Below the pieces are notes generated by a model, which worked only from the letters and a program-made list of their open reading frames with translations, was not told the origin of the DNA and searched no databases. The position numbers and the translations under genes are program-made. Positions 37,837-48,140 of a DNA stretch of 64,000 nucleotides are shown in pieces; position 1 is the stretch's first letter, and each line of letters starts with the position of its first letter. Source of the stretch: an uncultured Anaerolineales bacterium (GTDB lineage: Bacteria > Chloroflexota > Anaerolineae > B4-G1); NCBI GenBank assembly GCA_964542755.1, contig CAZIWL010000004.1, positions 20,916 to 84,915 of the forward strand. Reading direction: 5' to 3'.

Positions 37837-40800
37837 CTACGGGCCTTCGTCGATGCTCACGGCCCGATCACCGAGCAGGCTTACCAGTTCTTGTACTAGC
37901 TCGGGACAGTAGGCGGTGGCCTGGTTAGGGAACCGCAGCTCGATGCCGCGCCCGGCGCCGTCAGCAAGGTGGATCACGAACGGGTCCACGCCTTCGTAGC
38001 CAACCAACACATCGTGAATTTTCCGAAGGCGCTGTCGGTCGCTGCCCTGCTCCGCAGACCGCTGGAGCGTCACGCGAACCGTCCGCGGCACCGATCCATC
38101 CGCTCCGTCCGAGCCGCTGGACGGAGTTCGAGGTTCTTCGGAGGTGGCGAAGTGAGGCGGCGGAGCGGGTGGTTCGGGAGGGCGTGTGCCGGCACGAACC
38201 CCTCTCGAGTCAGGAGGGCGCGTTGGTCGAGGCTCTTCAGTTCTTGCGTTCACTCCTGCCGCGACGCTGATGTCTTCGGGTCGTTTGACCCAACTGCAGA
38301 GCAGACTTGGTTCGTCCCGACGGCTGGTGTCGACCTTGCCATTGACGACCACAATCTGTTCTGGCTGCCAGAGGCGCTTGGTTTCCTTCCACAGGCCAGG
38401 GAAGACCACCACGTCGCAGCTTCCCTGCGCATCCTCCAGCGTCACGAAAGCCATCTCGTTTCCCTTCTTTGTCGTATGGCGGTAGATGCGCTGGACCATC
38501 CCGGCAACGGTGACCTGCTGCCCGCTCCTCTCCTCGGCCAGCGTGCCCACGGAGCCGGATAGGACATCGTCCAACCGGGTAGTGACCCGCGCGAGAGGAT
38601 GCTCCGAGATGTAGATGCCAACCAACTCCTTCTCCCAGGCCAGGATTTCCTTCCGGGGAATCTCCGGCACCTTGTTAGCTGGGGGAAGGATGGATTCCTC
38701 CGCGGCAAGATGAACACCGGTTGCACTTCCGAACATACTCAATTGCCCGGCATCCTTAGCTTTGTGAATTCCGGCGCTTACACCGAGAATGCGGTCTGCG
38801 ATGGGGAGGAGCTGGGCGCGTCTTCCGAATTGCTCAAGGGTCCCCACCTGGATCAAGCTCTCAAGGGCCCGCCGGTTGACGTCTCGAAGGTCAACACGGC
38901 GGCAGAAATCATCCAGATCCTCGAAGGGGCCTCCCACCTGACGAGCCTCGAGGATGGCCTCAACTGGCCCTTCCCCGACGTTCTTGATCGCGCCCATCCC
39001 GAAGCGGATGGCGGGGGGGTGATCCCCCATGTCCTCAATGGTGAAGCCCAGACCAGAGCTATTGATGTCGGGGGGTGAGACCTCAATGGACATGCGTCGG
39101 CATTCCTCAATGAATCGGCTCACCTTGTCCGTGTTGTTACGCTCGACGGTGAGGAGGGCGGCCATATACTCGATGGGGTATTCGGCCTTGAGATAGGCAG
39201 TCTGACAGGTAAGGACGGCGTAGTCCGCGGCGTGGCTCTTGTTGAACCCGTAGCGGGCGAAGTACTCGATGTCGTCAAAGATGGTCTCGGCGGCCTCACG
39301 AGGCACACCGCTCCGCTCGATGGCCCCTTCGATGAATGTCGCTCGGTGCTTGAGGAGGGCCTTCTTCTTTTTCTTCCCCACCGCCCGACGCACCAGGTCG
39401 GCCTCGCCGGCAGTGTACCCAGCGATATCCGTCAGGATACGAATGATCTGCTCCTGGTAGACGATGATGCCAAAGGTTTCTTCGAGAATCGGCTCCAGGC
39501 TGGGATGTCGGTATTCTACGGCCTTCTCGCCGTGGAGACGAGCGATGTAGTCATCGATGTACTCCATAGGGCCCGGGCGGTACAGGCTGATGGCAGCGAT
39601 GACGTGCTCGAACTTCTGCGGCTGCATCTTCATGAGTGTGCGCCGCATACCCTGGCCCTCGACCTGGAAGACGCCCATGACATCGCCACGCGAAAGCAGG
39701 TCGTAGATGACCGGGTCATCGCGGGAGATGGTGAGGAGGTCGAGGTCAATACCGTGACGCTCCGTGATGAGTTCGCAGGTGACCCGCATTACCGTCAGGG
39801 TGGCCAGACCGAGGAAGTCTACCTTCAAGAGGCCCAACTCCTCGGCCTCAGACATGGTGTATTGGGTGACCGTGCCGATCTGGTCGTCGCTGCTGCTGCT
39901 CGTGGGTCGGCGTAGTGGAGCGTAGTTGACCAGGGGGAGGTCGGAGACGATGACACCGGCTGCGTGGGTACTGGCGTGGCGGATATTGCCCTCCACCCCT
40001 CGGGCGGTGTCAATGAGACGCCGGATGTGGTCCTGCTCGTCATAGTGGCTGCGCAGCTCCGGCACCTTCGTCAGGCTTTCGTCAAGCTTCACGCCGGGGC
40101 CGCCTGGTACGAGACGCGCGATCCGGTCCACCTCTGAGAGGGGATAGTCGAGAGCCCGGCCCGCGTCCCGGATAGCAGCCTTGGCGCCCATCGTGCCGAA
40201 CGTGATGATCTGGGCGACCTGTTCCTCCCCGTACTTGTCGATGGTGTAGCGAATGAGTTGTTCTCGCTGATCGTCGGGGTAGTCCAGGTCGATATCCGGC
40301 ATCGTCACCCGGCCCTCGTTCAAGAACCGCTCGAAGATCAAGTTCTGCTCCAGGGGCTCCAAGTTTGTCACGTAGAGGCTGTAGGCAACGATGGAGCTGG
40401 CTCCCGATCCCCGGACGTTCCACCAGATCTCCTCCTCGCGGGAGAAGCGGCAGAGATCCCAGACAATGAGGAAATAGGTATCGAAACCCATACGATGGAT
40501 CACGTCTAGCTCATAGTCGAGCCTCCCCTGGATCTTGGGCGTGATATCCTCATAGCGCTCCTCCAAGCCCCTTTCACAGAGCCTTCGGAGATAAGACTGG
40601 GCATCGTAACCGTCAGGGACCTCAAAGACGGGCAGATGATAGTTGCCGAACTCCAGTTCAGCATTGCAGCGCTCAGCGATTTCGAGTGTGTTCGTCAAGG
40701 CTTCGGGGAGGTGGGGGAAGAGGGCCGCCATCTCCTCTTCCGATTTCAAGTAGAAGGTGTCCCCCTCCATGCGCATGCGTTTCGGTTCGGTCACCGTCTT

Positions 40801-41478
40801 TCCGGTCTGGATGCAGAGGAGGACGTCGTGAATCGCGGCCTGGTCGCGTCGGGTGTAGTGGACGTCATTGGTGGCCACCAGGGGCAGGTCGAGCTCGTCG
40901 GCCAGTGTAACCAGGTGACGGTTGACCTCGGCGAGCTCCGGGATGTCGTGATCCTGGATCTCCAGATAGTACCGTCCTTCGAAGACATCGCTGTACCAGC
41001 CGGCAGCATCGCGTGCGTTGTCGTGAAGCCCCTTCTTGAGATGATGGGCTAGCTCCGAGGACCCGCACCCTGACAGCACGATCAAGCCCTCGTTATACTC
41101 CTCCAGCACCTGGCGGTCGACCCGGGGCTTGTAATAGAAGCCCTCAAGCTGCGCGATGGTCGCTAGCTTCATCAGGTTGTGATAGCCCGTATTGTTCTCC
41201 GCCAGCAAGACGAGATGGTAGGCTGTGCGGTCGTGCTGGGGATCGCGGTCCTCCCTGCCCCGGGGGGCCACGTAGGTCTCCATGCCGATGATGGGCTTGA
41301 TGTTGGCAGCCCTACAGGCCTTGTAGAATCGGATGGCACCGTACATAGCGCCGTGGTCAGTGAGGGCCAGGGCAGGCATCCCGAGGTCGACAGCTCCTTT
41401 TGCCAGCTCAGCGCAGCTGCTGAGCCCGTCCAGGAGGGAATATTCGCTGTGGACGTGGAGATGGACGAAGTCACTCAT
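37837..41478 (-). CDS. dnaE: DNA polymerase III alpha subunit (DnaE)
   Basis: PHP domain MSDFVHLHVHSEYSLLDG, polymerase core and OB fold. The C-terminus carries a Pro-rich tail. The start is taken at ATG 41478; the track ORF extends to 41559. Confidence 0.95.
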   Translation of the reverse strand: MSDFVHLHVHSEYSLLDGLSSCAELAKGAVDLGMPALALTDHGAMYGAIRFYKACRAANIKPIIGMETYVAPRGREDRDPQHDRTAYHLVLLAENNTGYHNLMKLATIAQLEGFYYKPRVDRQVLEEYNEGLIVLSGCGSSELAHHLKKGLHDNARDAAGWYSDVFEGRYYLEIQDHDIPELAEVNRHLVTLADELDLPLVATNDVHYTRRDQAAIHDVLLCIQTGKTVTEPKRMRMEGDTFYLKSEEEMAALFPHLPEALTNTLEIAERCNAELEFGNYHLPVFEVPDGYDAQSYLRRLCERGLEERYEDITPKIQGRLDYELDVIHRMGFDTYFLIVWDLCRFSREEEIWWNVRGSGASSIVAYSLYVTNLEPLEQNLIFERFLNEGRVTMPDIDLDYPDDQREQLIRYTIDKYGEEQVAQIITFGTMGAKAAIRDAGRALDYPLSEVDRIARLVPGGPGVKLDESLTKVPELRSHYDEQDHIRRLIDTARGVEGNIRHASTHAAGVIVSDLPLVNYAPLRRPTSSSSDDQIGTVTQYTMSEAEELGLLKVDFLGLATLTVMRVTCELITERHGIDLDLLTISRDDPVIYDLLSRGDVMGVFQVEGQGMRRTLMKMQPQKFEHVIAAISLYRPGPMEYIDDYIARLHGEKAVEYRHPSLEPILEETFGIIVYQEQIIRILTDIAGYTAGEADLVRRAVGKKKKKALLKHRATFIEGAIERSGVPREAAETIFDDIEYFARYGFNKSHAADYAVLTCQTAYLKAEYPIEYMAALLTVERNNTDKVSRFIEECRRMSIEVSPPDINSSGLGFTIEDMGDHPPAIRFGMGAIKNVGEGPVEAILEARQVGGPFEDLDDFCRRVDLRDVNRRALESLIQVGTLEQFGRRAQLLPIADRILGVSAGIHKAKDAGQLSMFGSATGVHLAAEESILPPANKVPEIPRKEILAWEKELVGIYISEHPLARVTTRLDDVLSGSVGTLAEERSGQQVTVAGMVQRIYRHTTKKGNEMAFVTLEDAQGSCDVVVFPGLWKETKRLWQPEQIVVVNGKVDTSRRDEPSLLCSWVKRPEDISVAAGVNARTEEPRPTRPPDSRGVRAGTRPPEPPAPPPHFATSEEPRTPSSGSDGADGSVPRTVRVTLQRSAEQGSDRQRLRKIHDVLVGYEGVDPFVIHLADGAGRGIELRFPNQATAYCPELVQELVSLLGDRAVSIDEGP

Positions 41479-41487
41479 CGGGATTGG

Positions 41488-41496
41488 ATTATACCA
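41488..41496 (-). promoter_or_regulatory. extended -10 element TGGTATAAT located 9 nt upstream of the dnaE ATG (leaderless or near-leaderless transcript)
   Basis: Reverse complement of 41488-41496 reads TGGTATAAT. Only a weak -35 (CTAGAA) is present, and there is no room for an RBS. Confidence 0.4.
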
Positions 41497-41683
41497 TACT
41501 GATTGAAGATTTCTAGTTGCTGGGAGCGACAGTCGACCTGGAGGTTGACTCCCCGGCACCCGGCGTAGGGGGCGGTTGGATGCACAAAGGAGGAATCGGC
41601 GCGGCGGGGGTGTGAGTAATGGGGATAGCCGCCGGGGGCGATTCTCGATAGAACACGCCCCCGGCTGGGCTCAACGGTGGGAC

Positions 41684-44503
41684 TCAGTCCCTTGACACCA
41701 GAGGTAGGAAGATCTCGTGGGCCCACGGCTCGACGGATGTGATGACATCGTCCGGAAGCGACGCGAGGCCCTCCGCGTCAGTAACGGTCAGTGTGAACGT
41801 GAGCACTGTCGGTGCTGCCGGAGCTCTGAACGTGGTCGTCATCGCGGTCTCGGCGTCCAGAGGGACAGCAGGGCCTCCGATCTGCGCCCAAAGATACGAG
41901 AGCGGGAGGTGTCCATCAGGATCGGAGCTGGCGGAGCCATCAAGAGTGCCGATGCCTCTCACGCCTACCGTCAGATCGGGCCCAGCAGCCGCGATCGGCC
42001 TTTGGTTGGTGACCGAGAAGGGATGTGTGGAAGTGATGGCACCGCAGGCATTGACTGCGGACACACTGATCGTCTGGAGACCCGCCGTCGTCCAAGTAAC
42101 CACCACCGTGTCCGTGAGGCCCGATGTGTGGGTTGTCGTGTTGAGTGACACGCCGGCGCTGCCGCTCCACGTGTAGGTGATGGGCTGCTGCGACGCCAGC
42201 GGGCTCACCGTGGCGGTCAACCGTGTCGACGAGCGAAGGGCAGGGGGATCCGGGCCCGCGATCTCAACACTTCTCGGGGCGATGCAGTCCGTTAGGCCTC
42301 CCAGTCTGGCGATGAAGATGTCATACTCGCCGCGATTGACATCTTGATAGGCGTTGAACGTCGGAAAGTCGGTGGACCGGGTACCGCCGGTGACGTAGAC
42401 GTCGCCATTGGAATCGAAGGCAATGCCCAGAGCGGTGTCGGCGCCGGTGCCTCCGAGGTAGGTCCCGAAGACCATCGTACCAGTCGGGTCGAACTTTGCC
42501 ACGACGGGATCGCCAGGTCCGTAGTAAGCGAGGTCCACCTCCGGCGCGACCCCGCCCTTGAAGGTTGCTTGGAGGGGGTCCACCGTGGGGAAATTGGTGG
42601 ATCCTGAGCCGCCGGTAACGAAAACGTGGCTCGCTCCGTCGGTGAGGATCCCGCGGAAAGCATCGTTGCCGTCTCCGCCGACGAGTCGGCTGTAGATGAG
42701 GCTGACCGGATCGGTCTCCAGCGCCACCAAGAAGGCATCGAAGTCCCCTCCTCCGTGGGCGGGGCTGCCAGGCGTGGTCGGGAAGTCGCTGGACTCGGTA
42801 CCTCCGGTCCAAAAGACGCGTCCCCCGTCCTCAACGGACACGCCGCCGCTGGTGTCCGAATCCGTGCCACCGAAGTAACTGGCGAAGAGGAGCTGGGCGG
42901 CACCTGGCTGCGCGGGATCGAGCTTGGCGAGATAGAGATCGATGCCGCCCGCATTCGAGGCCTGAAGCGGGTTCTTCGTTGGAAGATTGCTGGAATGCGT
43001 TCGGCCTGCAAAGTAAACGATCCCACTGTCCACGTCTAGCGCCAGACCCTCCTCCGTAGCGGAGCCGCCGAAGCACGTGGAATAGACGAGTGAATCTGTA
43101 CCCGATGCTGTTGTGTCCAGGATCGAAACCGCGGCGTCGACGCCATTGCCGCAGCTTTGATAGGCATCCGGTGTCGTGGGGAAATCGGATGACTGCGTGT
43201 GGCCCACAGCGTAAAGGAGGCCGTTGCGAACGACGCCCTGCGCAAACTCGTCGAAGCTGTTGCCAGCAAGGTATGTCGCATACTCGACGGCGCCCGCGGC
43301 GTCGAGCTGGAAGACCATGCCATTGTAGGTGTCGCCGGGGGCGGTGGACTGGTAAGCTCCTGCGGTCGTCGGAAAGTCATCAGAGAATGTGTAGCCGACG
43401 ACGTAGGCTTTCCCTGCAGCGTCGACGTCGATCCAGGTTGGGTTGTCGAAGTCACTCCCACCGACATAGGTATGATAGACCATCTGATGGAGTCCGGTCA
43501 AGGAGGGGTCGAGCTTGGTCACGAAAGCATCCGAGGTCTCGTAGTCGCCAAGGGCACCGGCAAGGCGTGATGACGGGAAGCTGGCAGCATCCGACACGCC
43601 GGTCACATAGACGTTATCATCTGCATCGACACCGATGCCGCAGCCCTCCTCGCTTCCGCTCCCGCCGACGTAGGTACTGTAGTCTAGGGTGGGATCGATG
43701 ATCAGCGGGTGTTCGTTGTCGTACCTCCCGACGGCGAACTTGATCCCACCGCCTCGATTTCGAACGTATCGGATGTCGACGAACCGTCGTTCGCCGCCCG
43801 CGTCTTGCCAGGCTACGGGCTGCCGCTCCACAAGAGGTGACCTGTCAGGTTCGCCGTCGGGCGTGATGAGGAGCTCGCCGCCGCGCAGGCTGACATCTGA
43901 GGCTCCATCGTAGTGCCATGAGATGGAATCGGGGTTTCCGCCTGGAGCCACCTCGAAGGTTCCTTTCAAGACCCCCGTACGGCCCGTGAAGACGAGATCT
44001 ATGTCTTCGTAAAGGTTCTCGTAGGCCAGGCCGGCGTAGGTCGGGATGCCGAGGTACCAGGCGTCCGGATCGTTCCCGAAGATGTAGTTGACCACTCCAG
44101 GGAGTGCATTCCGACCCACAACGCGGACGCGCTCATTTGCACCCTCGAAGCGCAGCTGGATGGTGGTTCTCTTTGCGGACTCGGACGGCTCGGCTTTCAG
44201 CCCGTTCATGGCTGCACTCAGCAAGTCTGCCGCGCGCCGAGGAAGGCGGAGCGGGAGAACGATCTCATTGCGGGAGAAGTAGAGACGATGGGATGCCTCG
44301 AGCGTGCCGAAGAGGACGTCGGATGCATTCTGTCCCGCGTTTGGGACGAAGACCATCGCCGGTTCGGCTGAGACGCCCTCCAGGGAGGCACTCGAGCGGT
44401 TCTCGGGCAGGGCATCACGGTCGGCGCTCAGCCCCGAGCAGGCGGCCAGAAGACTCAGCATCAAGACGAAGTTGGGTAAGAGGCCCAGGGGTGGGCGGTT
44501 CAT
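41684..44503 (-). CDS. SBBP-repeat beta-propeller lipoprotein with C-terminal PKD/Ig-like domains and the C-terminal IFLPLVSRD tag
   Basis: Signal peptide with lipobox LLAAC. Repeated SDFPTT / SSNLPT / TDFPT beta-propeller blades. Tandem Ig/PKD-like C-terminal domains. It ends EPWAHEIFLPLVSRD. Confidence 0.8.
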   Translation of the reverse strand: MNRPPLGLLPNFVLMLSLLAACSGLSADRDALPENRSSASLEGVSAEPAMVFVPNAGQNASDVLFGTLEASHRLYFSRNEIVLPLRLPRRAADLLSAAMNGLKAEPSESAKRTTIQLRFEGANERVRVVGRNALPGVVNYIFGNDPDAWYLGIPTYAGLAYENLYEDIDLVFTGRTGVLKGTFEVAPGGNPDSISWHYDGASDVSLRGGELLITPDGEPDRSPLVERQPVAWQDAGGERRFVDIRYVRNRGGGIKFAVGRYDNEHPLIIDPTLDYSTYVGGSGSEEGCGIGVDADDNVYVTGVSDAASFPSSRLAGALGDYETSDAFVTKLDPSLTGLHQMVYHTYVGGSDFDNPTWIDVDAAGKAYVVGYTFSDDFPTTAGAYQSTAPGDTYNGMVFQLDAAGAVEYATYLAGNSFDEFAQGVVRNGLLYAVGHTQSSDFPTTPDAYQSCGNGVDAAVSILDTTASGTDSLVYSTCFGGSATEEGLALDVDSGIVYFAGRTHSSNLPTKNPLQASNAGGIDLYLAKLDPAQPGAAQLLFASYFGGTDSDTSGGVSVEDGGRVFWTGGTESSDFPTTPGSPAHGGGDFDAFLVALETDPVSLIYSRLVGGDGNDAFRGILTDGASHVFVTGGSGSTNFPTVDPLQATFKGGVAPEVDLAYYGPGDPVVAKFDPTGTMVFGTYLGGTGADTALGIAFDSNGDVYVTGGTRSTDFPTFNAYQDVNRGEYDIFIARLGGLTDCIAPRSVEIAGPDPPALRSSTRLTATVSPLASQQPITYTWSGSAGVSLNTTTHTSGLTDTVVVTWTTAGLQTISVSAVNACGAITSTHPFSVTNQRPIAAAGPDLTVGVRGIGTLDGSASSDPDGHLPLSYLWAQIGGPAVPLDAETAMTTTFRAPAAPTVLTFTLTVTDAEGLASLPDDVITSVEPWAHEIFLPLVSRD

Positions 44504-44542
44504 TGTATCCTCCTCTCGTTGTCGTAGTGGTCCGACGGGTTC

Positions 44543-45850
44543 CTAGATATGCGGGAGTGAGCCGAGATTCTCCTTGGATAGGGGTGGTCGGTAGGTGAAG
44601 AGCTGTGTGCCGACGACGAAGCATGCGAGGGCGAAGAGCAGGAGCACTGCTGAGGGGCGAAGGACATCGCCAATCGTCCCGCCGTAGAATATCAGGGCGT
44701 TCAGCGCGTCCAAGGCCCAAGCGATAGGTGAGATATGGCCCAGCGTACGCATCCAAGAAGGCACGAAGGCCAGCGGCCACCAAGCACCTCCCAGTGGTGC
44801 GAGCACCATGTACGCGGAGGTGGCAAGACTGCTGGCCTGTTGCGGTGACTGCGCCACCGCCCCCAGCACCAGGGCCAGGGATGCGATGGCCAGGACGTAT
44901 GCCGTGCCAACGATCAACGCACCGAGAGGGGCGGTTCCAAGGTTTGCTCCAAGCAATCCGCCAAAGAGCAGCAGAACAGCGAACTGAAGGATTCCCAGGA
45001 AGCAGGTCGCGAGTAGCTTGCCTCCCAGCAAGTGCGCCCTGTTCACCGGCATCGTGCCGATGCGGGGCAGGATGCCGACCCAACGTTCCTCGGCCAGGGA
45101 CTGCGCCATACCCAGGATGCTTACCATGACAAACATAACGACGATACTGGGCGTCGAGAGCTTGAAGCCGTTTTCGAGGACCTCGGCACCCATGATTTGG
45201 GCCTGGCTCCGTTGGTCAGACGCGGCTGTCATCCGGACCATCGGAGCGCGTCCGAACGCTGCGTCGACGTGGGCCCGCCGGGCTGCTGTGAAGGAAGGTC
45301 CAGTTTCGATCTCCAGCGACTCGGCCGCCTGGACGCTCAGACGGGTAGCCAGGATGGGGCCGCCAATGGTGGCGACGGCGCTCTCCAGCGCGACATACAC
45401 GATCTCGGACGCTGCCGAGGACCCGCGGGTCTCTAAGACGACGGACGTGTCCTGTCCGCCGACCAGCGAGGCCTCGAAATCACGTGGGATACGCACGATG
45501 GCGAACGTGATGTCATCGAGCAGTCGGTGGCGGGCGAGCGAGGGCGACAAAGAGAGGGTACCGACATCGAGTCCGCAGCCTTCGTCGCTATGGCCGCAGC
45601 CTGGGCAGAGCAAGAGCGTTGTGTTGGCGTCCCGGAGGGCGGCCAGAAGGGCCCTGGACGTAGAGGTTCCATCCTCGTCTAAGACGTCCACACGGATCGT
45701 GGCCGGGACGAGGCGCGCCACACCCTGGGCGCCCACGCCGGCCAAGTATATGATCACCATGGGCAGGACGAGGAGCAGGAGCCAGTTTTGCTTCTCCCGC
45801 AACGTCATCTGAAGCTCGTTTCTGGCAACTACCCAGATCTTGAACATCAC
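44543..45850 (-). CDS. ABC-2 type transporter permease
   Basis: N-terminal TM helix plus a large extracytoplasmic loop, then 5 C-terminal TM helices; the ABC-2 family pattern. Confidence 0.75.
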   Translation of the reverse strand: MMFKIWVVARNELQMTLREKQNWLLLLVLPMVIIYLAGVGAQGVARLVPATIRVDVLDEDGTSTSRALLAALRDANTTLLLCPGCGHSDEGCGLDVGTLSLSPSLARHRLLDDITFAIVRIPRDFEASLVGGQDTSVVLETRGSSAASEIVYVALESAVATIGGPILATRLSVQAAESLEIETGPSFTAARRAHVDAAFGRAPMVRMTAASDQRSQAQIMGAEVLENGFKLSTPSIVVMFVMVSILGMAQSLAEERWVGILPRIGTMPVNRAHLLGGKLLATCFLGILQFAVLLLFGGLLGANLGTAPLGALIVGTAYVLAIASLALVLGAVAQSPQQASSLATSAYMVLAPLGGAWWPLAFVPSWMRTLGHISPIAWALDALNALIFYGGTIGDVLRPSAVLLLFALACFVVGTQLFTYRPPLSKENLGSLPHI

Positions 45851-45867
45851 CTATCCGTATTCCAGTC

Positions 45868-47160
45868 CTAGAGGAACGTGGTGCGGCGCCTCAGGAGCAT
45901 GCCGCCGACGAGGAAGGACAAGGATGCCATGGCGAGTAGGATCGACAGGTGTGGAAGCAGGCTGGCTGGGCTGCCACCGTTGGCGGCTTTCAGGAATCCA
46001 TCCATCGCCCAGTACTGGAAGGTCAGTTTCGAGGCGGTATCAAGTGGTCTCGGCAGCAACGAGACAGGGAGGAAGATGCCGCCGAGTAAGCCGCTCAGCA
46101 AGACGACGGCGCGGCCGTAGTTCGCCGCCTGCACATAGGAGTTGGCGAGTCCCGCGATGGTCACTCCAAGGCCTGTTGCCGAGGCCACAGTTGCCCCTGT
46201 CAGGAGCACGAGGCTCAGCCCACACACGGATGCGCCGCCGGGCGAGCCTCCCTGCCATCGCTCCCACAGGGCCACTCCGCCTATCATGGCGACCATCTGC
46301 ACGGTGCCGTTCAGGAAGGTGCCCAACGTTTTGCCTCCCAGGACGACGCCGGGCCATGTCGGCGTCACTTGCATTCTCTGCAGGGTCCAGGAAGCTTCCT
46401 CTTCCAAGAGCGAGGCGCTGCCCATAAGGGCTGTGAGACCCGTGAAGGATATGCCGAGCGCAGCTGCCAGATAGTGCGTCAGGCGTACCTGCGGTGCCGG
46501 GGGCCCGACCAGTAGACGCTTGATCTTGACCGGGTTCGATTCTGGCGAGGCGCCCTTGAAGGCTACCTCTGCGACGAACTCGTCCAACACACCCTCCCTC
46601 AGGCGTGCCCGTGAGTGGGGGTGCTGGGCGAGCCCTTCGACGGTTGCGTAGACGGCGGCCTCGGCGGTCCGTAGTCTCTGCCCCAAGGCCTCGATCATGC
46701 ATGCGAACGCCTCGCCACGGAAGTCGTAGGTGTCGTTGAGGTAGATCTCCATTGGGCTCCGTCCGGTGCTCCACGATGCTGAGAAGTCGGGCGGGATCAA
46801 GACTGCAGCCACAAGTCCTTCTTGCCGCACCAGTTGCCGCGCCTCGCGCTCAGAGCTAATGCGGCGGACGTCGAGAAGGTCGAATGGTTCGCTGTGGCTC
46901 ACAGCCGGTTCCGACGGATCAGCATGGAGGGCTGCGACGATCAGGTCACCGAAGTTGCCCCATTCACCTCCTTGGTCTGAGTTGACTACCCCAACGGGTA
47001 TGCGGGGGTTTGGAATGCCCCGGCTGAGGAACAGGTCCCCGAAAGCAAGATCGATGAGAAGAGTCACCAGCAGGGGCGCAGCGATGGTCAGACACAGAAC
47101 TGCAGGATCGGTGAACCGCAGTGCCACGTCCTTCCAGGCAATGAGGAGTAGCTTTCTCAC
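45868..47160 (-). CDS. ABC-2 type transporter permease (paralog)
   Basis: Same architecture as the downstream permease (N-terminal TM, large loop, C-terminal TM bundle). It overlaps the ATPase gene by 4 nt. Confidence 0.75.
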   Translation of the reverse strand: MRKLLLIAWKDVALRFTDPAVLCLTIAAPLLVTLLIDLAFGDLFLSRGIPNPRIPVGVVNSDQGGEWGNFGDLIVAALHADPSEPAVSHSEPFDLLDVRRISSEREARQLVRQEGLVAAVLIPPDFSASWSTGRSPMEIYLNDTYDFRGEAFACMIEALGQRLRTAEAAVYATVEGLAQHPHSRARLREGVLDEFVAEVAFKGASPESNPVKIKRLLVGPPAPQVRLTHYLAAALGISFTGLTALMGSASLLEEEASWTLQRMQVTPTWPGVVLGGKTLGTFLNGTVQMVAMIGGVALWERWQGGSPGGASVCGLSLVLLTGATVASATGLGVTIAGLANSYVQAANYGRAVVLLSGLLGGIFLPVSLLPRPLDTASKLTFQYWAMDGFLKAANGGSPASLLPHLSILLAMASLSFLVGGMLLRRRTTFL

Positions 47161-48140
47161 TGAGATGCTTCCTCCAGCGTCTCACCGGTAAGCTGCAGAA
47201 AGACAGATTCCAGGCTGGGCCGCTGGACCGTCAATGCGTCGATTGTCAGCCCTGTGGCCCTCACGGCTTCAAGGATAGTCGTCAGTCGGTCGGCAGCGCG
47301 GTGGACGGAGACGAGCAGTGAGCCGTCGGCGGCTTGGACCTGAGTGACATCGGGCAGACGCCTCAGGGCACCCATGGTCGAGTCAGATACGGGGGTTGGC
47401 TGGACGTGTAGGCGCACAGAGTCGGCCACGCTTGAGGACCGGACCAGCTGCTCCGGGGTGTCGAGAGCGATGATGCGTCCGCGATGCATGATGCCGACCC
47501 GCTGGCTGAGCTCCTGTGCCTCGTCCATGCGGTGGGTCGTGTAGAGGATCGTTGTGCCATAGTTCTGGTTCAATCCGACGACGAGGTTGAGTATCCTTCG
47601 TCGGCTGTCCGGATCGAGACCCAACGTGGGCTCGTCTAGGTAGGCGATCTGGGGCTCGTGGAGCACACCCGCCGCGACGTTGAGTCGCCTCTTCATGCCA
47701 TTGGAATAGTGCGCGACCCTGTCGTCCGCCCGTTCGGAGAGTCCAACGGTCTCCAGTGCTGCCTCTATGGCTTCTCGGAGCGCTTTGCCCCGCAAGCCGT
47801 AGAGCAGGCCGAAGTACCTGAGGTTCTGCCTCCCGGTGAGGCGGGTGTAGAGGGCCAATTCCTCAGGAACCACGCCGACGAGACGTTTGACGGCCATTGG
47901 ATCACGCGAGACGCTGTGACCCGCGACGAACGCGTCACCTGCGGTCGGACGGAGAAGGCCGCAGAGCAGGGCGATCAGCGTGGTCTTCCCTGCGCCATTG
48001 GGGCCGAGAAGGCTCAGAATCTCACCCTGTCGAACTACGAGCGAGACATCGTTGACGGCCAAACTTCCGTCTGATGCACGGTACTGCTTGGAGAGATGCC
48101 GCACACGGATTATCTCAGTCATCTGGGCTCTCCTGGTCAC
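47157..48140 (-). CDS. ABC transporter ATP-binding protein
   Basis: Walker A GPNGAGKTT, ABC signature LSGGMKRRL-like (YSNGMKRRLNVA), Walker B LDEPTLGLD, H-loop. Confidence 0.9.
   Translation of the reverse strand: MTRRAQMTEIIRVRHLSKQYRASDGSLAVNDVSLVVRQGEILSLLGPNGAGKTTLIALLCGLLRPTAGDAFVAGHSVSRDPMAVKRLVGVVPEELALYTRLTGRQNLRYFGLLYGLRGKALREAIEAALETVGLSERADDRVAHYSNGMKRRLNVAAGVLHEPQIAYLDEPTLGLDPDSRRRILNLVVGLNQNYGTTILYTTHRMDEAQELSQRVGIMHRGRIIALDTPEQLVRSSSVADSVRLHVQPTPVSDSTMGALRRLPDVTQVQAADGSLLVSVHRAADRLTTILEAVRATGLTIDALTVQRPSLESVFLQLTGETLEEASQ

Noticed and set aside
37837-41559. Longer dnaE start at 41559 (MPGSQPPGRLSL...)
   Set aside because: The canonical PHP-domain N-terminus MSDFVHLHVHS begins at 41478. 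An extended -10 promoter sits 9 nt upstream of that ATG, leaving the extra 27 codons inside the promoter.
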